Shown: one piece after another, positions 10,711-17,341 of the stretch | Numbering within the stretch: position 1 is the first letter of the stretch | How the letters are laid out: each line of letters begins with the position of its first letter | From: Candidatus Firestoneibacteriota bacterium | GTDB lineage: Bacteria; Oederibacteriota; D2-FULL-39-29; JBBTED01 | Direction: 5' to 3' | NCBI GenBank assembly: GCA_038042445.1 | Contig: JBBTED010000133.1 | Location: 1-29,642, forward strand | Length of the DNA: 29,642 nucleotides | Notes under the pieces: generated by a model | Told to the model about the DNA's origin: nothing | The model's database searches: none | What the model saw: the letters and a program-made list of their open reading frames with translations, nothing else | Program-made: the position numbers and the translations under genes

Positions 10711-10738
10711 TTGACTTTACGGTAAAAGTTATTATAAT
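10711..10738 (+). promoter_or_regulatory. Sigma70-type promoter of the DUF151 gene, probably leaderless
   Basis: TTGACT (10711-16), 16 nt, TATAAT (10733-38); ATG only 7 nt downstream, no SD. Confidence 0.65.
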
Positions 10739-10745
10739 AGCATAT

Positions 10746-11297
10746 ATGATTTCTGCAAAAATTCATGGAGTAGTATTGGACCCAATTACCAATGGCTTCG
10801 CTGTAATACTAAAAGCTGAGGCAAACAATAAATGGCTACCGATTTTTGTTGGACCTTTTGAAGCACAAGCAATAGCATTAGAACTTGAGCATACCAAACC
10901 ACCCAGACCTCTCACTCATGACTTAATGAGAAATATCCTTCAAACATTAAATGTAACTATAGTCAAAATAAATGTGGTTTCACTTAAAGAAGCCACATTT
11001 CATGCAACAATATTTTTACAGCACAATTCAAATCCTGTAGAAATAGATGCCAGACCAAGTGATGCTATTGCATTAGCATTAAGAATGAATGCGCCTATTT
11101 TTGTTGAAGAAGAAGTTTTGGAAAAAGCGGGATTAGATTACCAACCACAGGAAAATGAACATTCCCGAAATATAAAAAATTTGCAGATAAAATTAAGTCA
11201 GGCTATTGAAAGAGAAGCTTTTGAAGAAGCTGCAAAAATAAGAGATGAAATAAAAACAACACTACAGCAGAAACCATCTGAAAAACAATCACAATAA
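10746..11297 (+). CDS. Bifunctional nuclease (DUF151) family protein with C-terminal UVR motif
   Basis: LPIFVGPFEAQAI, PRPLTHDL, IDARPSDAIALALR; C-terminal AIEREAFEEAAKIRDEI. Confidence 0.92.
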   Translation: MISAKIHGVVLDPITNGFAVILKAEANNKWLPIFVGPFEAQAIALELEHTKPPRPLTHDLMRNILQTLNVTIVKINVVSLKEATFHATIFLQHNSNPVEIDARPSDAIALALRMNAPIFVEEEVLEKAGLDYQPQENEHSRNIKNLQIKLSQAIEREAFEEAAKIRDEIKTTLQQKPSEKQSQ

Positions 11298-12443
11298 AGC
11301 AGACATTTTAATATTTGGCTGAACTTCAAAAAAGCTTTTCACTGTGTCACAAATAAATTTCATCTGTTCTCGTGTTAACTCCGGATATACAGGCAAGGAC
11401 AACACTTCATCAGCAACTTTTTCACTAATAGGCAAATCACCTTTTTTGTATCCTAAAAATTTCAGGGCATCCTGTAAATGTAATGGAATAGGATAATGCA
11501 CTGCCGCAGAAATACCCTGTGCCTTCAAATAATCATGAAGATCATTTCTGGTCTGTTTGAAATTATCTGATGCTCCATCTATTCTTATTGTATATTGATT
11601 ATAAACATGTATTCTATCGGATGCAACATAAGGAATAACAACTATATCTTTAAGTAAATCATTATAAATTTGCGCATTTTCCTGACGCTTCTTTGTCCAG
11701 ATATCAAGATATTTCAGTTTAACTCGTAAAATAGCAGCTTGTATTTCATCAAGCCTGCTATTTGTTCCAATATAAGAATGCTTGTATTTTTGTACGGACC
11801 CATGATCGCGCAGAACTCTAAATTGTTGTGCTAAATTTTCATCAGAAGTTGTTATCATTCCTGCATCTCCACAAGCTCCTAAATTTTTTGTAGGAAAAAA
11901 ACTTAAACACCCTGCATCTCCAACAGAACATATAGATTTATCTTTATATTTTGCACCTATTGCCTGTGCAGCATCTTCAATCACTTTAATATTGTATTTT
12001 TTAGATATGCTTAGTATTTCATTCATATCTGCAGGCTGACCATAAAGATGTACAGGAATAATCGCCTTTGTCTTAGAAGTTACACATTTTTCAATTTGGG
12101 AAACATCTATATTATATGTTTTGGGATTTATATCTACAAAAACAGGCTTAGCACCAACAAGACAAATAGCTTCTACAGTTGCAAAAAATGAAAATGTTGA
12201 AGTTATTACCTCATCTCCTAAACCTATGCCTAAACCTTTTAATGCAATAACAATCGCATCTGTCCCGGAATTTACACCTATACCAAACTTTGCTCCAACA
12301 TAAACTGATATTTCCTCTTCACATTTTTTAACATTCTCACCTAAAATATAATTACCGTTTTCTAAAACCTGCAAAACTTCTTTATCAACTTCCGTTTTGA
12401 GGGATTTGTATTGTTCCTTTAAACTAATTTGAGGAATAAACAT
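11289..12443 (-). CDS. DegT/DnrJ/EryC1/StrS family PLP-dependent aminotransferase
   Basis: NSGTDAI, PVHLYGQPAD, IEDAAQAIG, SFFPTKNLG (PLP lysine), NSRLDEIQAA. Confidence 0.95.
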   Translation of the reverse strand: MFIPQISLKEQYKSLKTEVDKEVLQVLENGNYILGENVKKCEEEISVYVGAKFGIGVNSGTDAIVIALKGLGIGLGDEVITSTFSFFATVEAICLVGAKPVFVDINPKTYNIDVSQIEKCVTSKTKAIIPVHLYGQPADMNEILSISKKYNIKVIEDAAQAIGAKYKDKSICSVGDAGCLSFFPTKNLGACGDAGMITTSDENLAQQFRVLRDHGSVQKYKHSYIGTNSRLDEIQAAILRVKLKYLDIWTKKRQENAQIYNDLLKDIVVIPYVASDRIHVYNQYTIRIDGASDNFKQTRNDLHDYLKAQGISAAVHYPIPLHLQDALKFLGYKKGDLPISEKVADEVLSLPVYPELTREQMKFICDTVKSFFEVQPNIKMSALL

Positions 12444-13567
12444 TATATAAGAATTTTCTTCACAACATCTATAACTGCTGTTGCATCTGCTTTAGCTTGT
12501 GCTTTTTCAAGTTCTTTCTTATCTGCATATATCTGTAATGCTTTTTTCATTACATTTGCAAAAAGTTCCCGCGATAACGCCATACTTTTAATTGGTTCTG
12601 TTCTATATGTAAATTGATCTTCTCCAAACCAACCGGCATAACCTGTGTCTATTGCAGCATAACAAAATTCAGCGAATCTCCAATTATCTCCTGTACCGGC
12701 TATTCTATCTTCATCATTACTTTTATATTTTGCATTATTCAGATGAAAATTGATAAGTGGAGTATTAAACATCTTTGCAGCATATACAACAGAAGCCGGT
12801 TCAACACCATACATCTGTTCATGCCCATAATCTATACAAATACCCATATTGTCTCCTCCACACTCTCTATTTACAACCTTAGCTACCAATAATGCAAGGT
12901 GTGAAGTTGATAAAACCATATTTCCTTCACGCGGCTCTTTTAATTTTGCTTCAATTCCAAATCTTAAACCTAAAGATTTTGCTTTTTTGTTAATCTGAAT
13001 ACACCCTTCAATAAAAGATTCAAGAAGTTTTTGATGATTAACTTCAAAATTATAATCCCATCCGTCTGACCCAGGCCATAAAGCAACACTTTCACAACCA
13101 ACTTCTTTTGCTATTTCCACGCCCTGAAGCGCAACTTCAAGTGCATCTTTTTTAATTTTTGGGTCTATATTTGTTATTCCTCCAAATTTCCATTTAGGGT
13201 CTGTAAATAAATTAATATTCATATTAGTTGGTACAAGTTTATTTTTTATAAGAGCATTTTTTACAGCATTAATTTTTATTTTGTCCTTTTTGTGTTTTTC
13301 ATCAATAAAAACTGCTTCATGAAATTCTATTCCTTTTATTCCAGCTTTTGCAATTCTTTCTATCTGGCTGATTATTCCACTGGAAAAATTTGGATTGTTA
13401 CTATTATAGCCACTTGGAGCAAATCTATCACAAAAATCTCCCGCAGCCCAATGCCCCGCAGCAAAATTTATTCCAAATTCTTTAAAAAACTTATCTACCC
13501 CATTGCCTTCTATATATCCTGAATATTCAGTTTTTATTTTCTTTAAATTTTTAGCATCGATTTTCAT
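12443..13567 (-). CDS. Xylose/rhamnose-isomerase-like TIM-barrel sugar isomerase
   Basis: LWPGSDG, EAKLKEPRE, DYGHE, HLNN, EDQF metal-ligand pattern; AGGAGG RBS; substrate not assignable. Confidence 0.75.
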   Translation of the reverse strand: MKIDAKNLKKIKTEYSGYIEGNGVDKFFKEFGINFAAGHWAAGDFCDRFAPSGYNSNNPNFSSGIISQIERIAKAGIKGIEFHEAVFIDEKHKKDKIKINAVKNALIKNKLVPTNMNINLFTDPKWKFGGITNIDPKIKKDALEVALQGVEIAKEVGCESVALWPGSDGWDYNFEVNHQKLLESFIEGCIQINKKAKSLGLRFGIEAKLKEPREGNMVLSTSHLALLVAKVVNRECGGDNMGICIDYGHEQMYGVEPASVVYAAKMFNTPLINFHLNNAKYKSNDEDRIAGTGDNWRFAEFCYAAIDTGYAGWFGEDQFTYRTEPIKSMALSRELFANVMKKALQIYADKKELEKAQAKADATAVIDVVKKILI

Positions 13568-13609
13568 ATTGCCTCCTATTTACAATAAAAATTGTTTCTA
13601 TTTCCCAGT

Positions 13610-13638
13610 AGTATAAAATATAGTACCATCTTTGTAAA
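13610..13638 (-). promoter_or_regulatory. Sigma70-type promoter for isomerase-degT
   Basis: Minus strand TTTACA, 17 nt, TATACT. Confidence 0.5.
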
Positions 13639-13680
13639 GGAAAATTTAAAATGGCTGCACCCCATATAGGATTTAAAATG

Positions 13681-13718
13681 AAAAAAACCGCCCTAAACCA
13701 TTCACTAACGCTCAGGGC
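13681..13718 (-). terminator. Probable intrinsic terminator of tRNA-Gln
   Basis: Minus strand GCCCTGAGC...GTTTAGGGC stem (with G:U pairs) followed by GG and a T7 tract. Confidence 0.6.
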
Positions 13719-13783
13719 ATATACCACCTCACTTAATTATTATAATGGCGTGCCATATACCCGAACAAAGTGAGTGGTATATG
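13698..13783. repeat. Degenerate REP-like palindromic cluster abutting the tRNA 3' end
   Basis: IR CATATACCACCTCACTT (13718-34) / AAGTGAGTGGTATATG (13768-83), one bulge; units GCCCTGAGCGTTAGTGAATGG and ACCCGAACAAAGTGAGTGG resemble the element at 19938-19964. Confidence 0.6.
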
Positions 13784-13856
13784 GCTCCGGGGCCAGGATT
13801 CGAACCTGGTAACTCAACTTCAAAGGCTGATGTGTTACCACTTACACCACCCCGGA
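13782..13856 (-). tRNA. tRNA-Gln (anticodon TTG), CCA encoded
   Basis: TCCGGGG/CCCCGGA acceptor stem, GTGT/ACAC D stem, TCAGC-CTTTGAA-GTTGA anticodon arm, CCAGG-TTCGAAT-CCTGG T arm, GCCA end; 75 nt. Confidence 0.97.
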
Positions 13857-13903
13857 ATGTTTAGAATTATAACATTTTCAAGTATTTTTTCAAGCACTTA
13901 CTT
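13819..13903. repeat. Direct repeat copy 1 (att site): tRNA 5' half plus promoter
   Basis: Matches 16788-16873 with 3 substitutions and one 1-nt indel, all outside the tRNA portion. Confidence 0.93.
13866..13893 (-). promoter_or_regulatory. tRNA-Gln promoter
   Basis: Minus strand TTGAAA, 16 nt ending TGT, TATAAT (extended -10), 9 nt upstream of the tRNA. Confidence 0.7.
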
Positions 13904-13958
13904 GTTCTGATTATATATTTATGAGATGTAAAAATAAATGACAAAACAACAAATACAG

Positions 13959-14081
13959 TTAGTTTATTTGTAAATCAAGAACAGCTATTGGAATGAGTTC
14001 TTCTTTTGGATATCTTTCAATAGTTTTATCTGTAACAGTTTGAACAAAGTTATGCAATTTGTTTCTTTGTTGTATCCATAA
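13959..14081 (-). pseudogene. Possible fragment of a second CsgG-like gene
   Basis: Start-less frame LWIQQRNKLHNFVQTVTDKTIERYPKEELIPIAVLDLQIN*; IPIAVLDLQ resembles LQIAIIDLE of the neighbouring gene. Confidence 0.3.
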
Positions 14082-14110
14082 TTACAAATATAGCAGAAAA
14101 ATATTATTTG

Positions 14111-15064
14111 TCAAAATTTAAAACTATAATTTAAACAGGTTGAATTTTTTGAAAAAGCAAATCTAAAATTATCCAAAAAACTTTGTTCTCGTATTAATAT
14201 TTCTTCTTTTATCTGAAATGCTTCTGTTGTTATCACTATTCCAAATATAATTGCTACTGCTCCAAGCCCAATGAAAACCCCACCCGCAGTTTCTTCGTCT
14301 GCTTTCCTATATTCAGATTTAGTTGTAGATGAAGCCTCAATTAGCGCACCAATTCCTAGGATTGTAAACCCTCCACCCACTACACATGCAACAGTTGCTA
14401 TATGTATTTTAGAATCATACTCCTGATATAACTCCTCAATACTTTTAAATAATATATCATCTCTTTTCAAAGTTTCACTCAATTCAGGTACCGACTTTTT
14501 TTTCATTTTATATTTGTTAGTAATAACATCTTTTTTATCTAATACTTCTTCTTCCACTTTCTCATATGGAAGTGGTATACCAGTTAACTTAATTATCAAC
14601 TTTCTACTGGCATTTCTCAATTCATCTTCATTTTTACAAGAAACTTCTTTTGATAGTTTAACCTCTCCTGTTGCAACATCTACAACACGAACATTAATAT
14701 AATATGTGTCGTTTAATTTACTTACGCTACCTACTAACATTTGTTCCACATTCAAAATTTTCCCCACTTCTATAGCACATTCTGTAGTAGTGCAACCCGT
14801 ACGTTGAAATGTTTGTTCTTTTAATATATTTTCCATCCGTGTTCGTTCAACAACTATAAATTTTTTTGTATCAAACAAGTCATTCCTTAAAAAATCAGAT
14901 ATTACAGAAGATGTAATAGCAGATATATTTTGAGGTTCTAAATCTATAATTGCTATTTGTAATTTATCTTGTGCAAAAATAACGCCATTATTTAATTCTG
15001 AAATAATTATTATAAATAGGTATAATTTGAAATATCTAATTATCTTCATTTTCTTAAATATCAA
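14111..15064 (-). CDS. Exported CsgG/HfaB-like domain protein with C-terminal hydrophobic helices
   Basis: Signal peptide; IAIIDLE, VVERTRMENILKEQ, GCTTTECAIEVGKILNV; two Gly-rich hydrophobic segments; ends YSFKF; start TTG 15064 or ATG 15049. Confidence 0.75.
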   Translation of the reverse strand: MIFKKMKIIRYFKLYLFIIIISELNNGVIFAQDKLQIAIIDLEPQNISAITSSVISDFLRNDLFDTKKFIVVERTRMENILKEQTFQRTGCTTTECAIEVGKILNVEQMLVGSVSKLNDTYYINVRVVDVATGEVKLSKEVSCKNEDELRNASRKLIIKLTGIPLPYEKVEEEVLDKKDVITNKYKMKKKSVPELSETLKRDDILFKSIEELYQEYDSKIHIATVACVVGGGFTILGIGALIEASSTTKSEYRKADEETAGGVFIGLGAVAIIFGIVITTEAFQIKEEILIREQSFLDNFRFAFSKNSTCLNYSFKF

Positions 15065-15124
15065 CCCGTCCTCTACTACTTTAACGTTTTTTTACTATTT
15101 GCAATAAAAATTAACAATAACAAT

Positions 15125-15153
15125 AAGATAGCACCGTTTTTATACGGTGTCAA
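15125..15153 (-). promoter_or_regulatory. Sigma70 promoter with embedded palindromic operator
   Basis: Minus strand TTGACA, 17 nt, TATCTT (TGn extended); CACCGT-N6-ACGGTG palindrome at 15132-15149. Confidence 0.7.
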
Positions 15154-15182
15154 CGATAAAAGAAGTATGCCAAAATATAGTT

Positions 15183-15401
15183 GTGAGTAAAAAAATTAAC
15201 TTGAAATTAGCAAAAAGATTAAGAGAACTACGACAAAAATATGATTATACACAAGAAAAATTAGCTGAATTATCTGGAATTGATTATAAACATCTGCAAT
15301 TACTTGAAAGTAAAAAACCTTGTAGTGCTAAAATTGATACATTAGAAAAACTTGCTAACGCTTTTAATATTAGCATTTCCAAGCTTTTAGATTTTAAATA
15401 A
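15183..15401 (+). CDS. XRE/Cro-family HTH transcriptional regulator
   Basis: RLRELR..YTQEKLAELSGIDYKHLQLLE..IDTLEKLANAFNISISKL; probable GTG start 15183 (ORF open from 15147). Confidence 0.9.
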   Translation: MSKKINLKLAKRLRELRQKYDYTQEKLAELSGIDYKHLQLLESKKPCSAKIDTLEKLANAFNISISKLLDFK

Positions 15402-15493
15402 TATTTATCCTACAATAAGTTAAGTTTGTTATAAACCCTATTTTCTTTTTTGATGCCTCTTTCTGGAACAATTTTGGAGATGATTATAATTTT

Positions 15494-16411
15494 TTATAAT
15501 TCCTTACTTCTCTCCCACCATTCATTAAATGGGGGTTTGTTTGTTGTTTCTTTTACTTCGCTGTATTGTCCTCTCGCAACAGTGTCAGTAGAAGGTATAT
15601 TATAGCATAGATTTTCTGAAATTATCCATCTGTCGTGAATTTGTGCCTTTAACTTATTATCTGTTATAACTTTCAATTCACATTTAACATCTTTTCCTTT
15701 GAGTTCTTCTTTTAAATCTTCAAACAAAGCATTAAATTTTTTATCAATCTTTTCAGATAACATCAATATCCTAATGTTCTTTACTTTATTAGTATTAAGT
15801 GAATCCGAAAGCAAATCTAATCCTACTTTTGAAAAATACTTATCTATCCAATAAATGTGTTTTTCACAAGCACTAATAATATCTCTAAGTGCTTTTTTAT
15901 TTGAAAATGGTTTTGCTGGAGATAACAACTTAGTATCTGCTGGTTTATGAATTACCTCAAAAATAGTGTTTATTCTCTTATCGTGCGATTTAACTTCATT
16001 TTCCAACTGGTTAAGTCTACTGAGTATTTCCTTATTTGAAGAAACTAACCTTCGTATATTTACAAATACCCGCATTATTGCGATATTAACTTGTATAGCT
16101 CTATTGCTATGTAAAATACCAGATAACATCGCTACTCCCTGTTCTGTGAAAGCATACGGACATCTTCTTATCCCCATTTTTGCAGAGAAATTGGATATCG
16201 CAAATTGCGACCTCCAATTTTCAAATTCATTTTTGTCTAATTGAAACATAAAATCTGCAGGAAATCTTTTAATATTTCGTCTTACCTGTTCATTCAACCT
16301 ACTTGTTGATACTCCATATAACTTTGCTAAATCCCTATCTAATATTACTTTTAATCCTCTTAATAGCAATATTTTACTTTCTACTCTTTCCTGTGGTACT
16401 AAATCTGACAT
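15494..16411 (-). CDS. ORF6N-domain DNA-binding protein fused to a PLD-like (HDR motif) domain
   Basis: LRGLKVILDRDLAKLYGV, RNIKRFPADFMFQL, PYAFTEQGVAMLSGIL = ORF6N; C-terminal WIDKYF...IHDRWIIS; GGGAG RBS. Confidence 0.85.
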   Translation of the reverse strand: MSDLVPQERVESKILLLRGLKVILDRDLAKLYGVSTSRLNEQVRRNIKRFPADFMFQLDKNEFENWRSQFAISNFSAKMGIRRCPYAFTEQGVAMLSGILHSNRAIQVNIAIMRVFVNIRRLVSSNKEILSRLNQLENEVKSHDKRINTIFEVIHKPADTKLLSPAKPFSNKKALRDIISACEKHIYWIDKYFSKVGLDLLSDSLNTNKVKNIRILMLSEKIDKKFNALFEDLKEELKGKDVKCELKVITDNKLKAQIHDRWIISENLCYNIPSTDTVARGQYSEVKETTNKPPFNEWWERSKEL

Positions 16412-16487
16412 TATTTTTCTCCCTTTTTACTTCATATTACAACTAAATTTTAACTCATACTAATGTTATAGGCAAGGAATATTTTTC

Positions 16488-16553
16488 TACCCCACCCACT
16501 ACTGTCCCCTATATCTCAGGAAGAAAACAATAGGGGACAAAACATGGGGGGTA
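16488..16553. repeat. Nested GC-rich inverted repeat
   Basis: TGTCCCCTAT (16503-12) / ATAGGGGACA (16530-39) perfect; outer TACCCCACCCA / TGGGGGGTA imperfect. Confidence 0.75.
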
Positions 16554-16647
16554 AACATTTAAATCATTTTGAGATAATACGTTTGGAAAGTTAGCTTCTA
16601 TAGTATTCATTGTTTCAGGTTTGGATGGGGTATATACCCTATCTAAA

Positions 16648-16702
16648 TTTTGTGACATTTTTGTGTCATAAATGTGACTAAAACAGGCTAAATCTGACTA
16701 AA
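16648..16702. repeat. Phased short direct repeats (candidate integrase arm-type sites)
   Basis: TGTGAC/TGTGTC/TGTGAC at 16651, 16662, 16673 (11-bp period); CTAAA at 16678, 16688, 16698 (10-bp period); ~90-140 bp from the att core. Confidence 0.55.
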
Positions 16703-16787
16703 TGTGGAAATAGCTAAATTCACAAAAACCTTGTAATATAAAGAAATAGTTGAGAAACAAAGAGAACAGCAAAGTGCTTGAATCAGA

Positions 16788-16873
16788 TTCAAAGGCTGAT
16801 GTGTTACCACTTACACCACCCCGGAATGTTTTAGAATTATAACAGTTTTAAGTATTTTTTTAAGCACTTACTT
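16788..16873 (-). repeat. Direct repeat copy 2 (att site): displaced 5' fragment of tRNA-Gln (16788-16825) plus promoter
   Basis: 38 nt identical to tRNA nt 1-38; identity stops at the end of the anticodon loop; -35 reads TTAAAA here. Confidence 0.93.
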
Positions 16874-16890
16874 TTTTAAAGCCAATTTAC

Positions 16891-16933
16891 AAACAAAAAT
16901 CCCTCAACTCAATAAAAAGAGAAGAGGGATTTT
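16891..16933 (-). terminator. Intrinsic terminator after spoVG
   Basis: AAAATCCCTC / GAGGGATTTT stem (16896-16905 / 16924-16933) followed on the minus strand by TGTTT. Confidence 0.7.
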
Positions 16934-16954
16934 GCCCTTAACGGGACTTTGTTT

Positions 16955-17320
16955 TTAATTTGAAATTTTATTTTCTATTGCTTTTTCCAAATCTTCAGTA
17001 AGAGTTGAAGTATTACCTAATGATGATACATCATCTTCTGTTACTTTAGATCTTTCCTCCCTTGGTTTTTCCAATTCCAGCTTGTATGCCTCAAGCACTT
17101 TTGTTTCTATCATTTTTCTTGTTTCATTATTCAAGGGATGCGCTATATCTTTAAATGTGCCATTTGGTCTTTTCTTGCTTGGCATAGATATAAACAACCC
17201 GTTACTACCCTGTATAACTTTAATATCCCGAACAACAAAACAGTTGTCAAACGTTACTGTTACATACGCCTTCAGTTTTTCTTCATTTCTAAGAAAAACT
17301 CGAACTTCGGTTATTTGCAT
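16955..17320 (-). CDS. spoVG: Septation regulator SpoVG
   Basis: [56 protein letters not shown]. Confidence 0.97.
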   Translation of the reverse strand: MQITEVRVFLRNEEKLKAYVTVTFDNCFVVRDIKVIQGSNGLFISMPSKKRPNGTFKDIAHPLNNETRKMIETKVLEAYKLELEKPREERSKVTEDDVSSLGNTSTLTEDLEKAIENKISN

Positions 17321-17341
17321 ATATTTTCACCCTCCTGAACT

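Larger units (their letters stand above)
13819..16873. mobile_element. Small integrase-less genomic island (remnant) integrated at tRNA-Gln
   Basis: Bounded by ~85-bp direct repeats ending at the anticodon loop; cargo XRE, ORF6N fusion and CsgG-like gene; arm-site-like repeats at 16648-16702. Confidence 0.85.

Noticed and set aside
13904..16787. Integrase or transposase gene within the island
   Set aside because: No ORF or fragment with tyrosine/serine recombinase or DDE motifs could be identified.
16788..16825. Second tRNA-Gln gene
   Set aside because: Only nt 1-38 are present; no T arm or acceptor 3' strand, so it is an att fragment.
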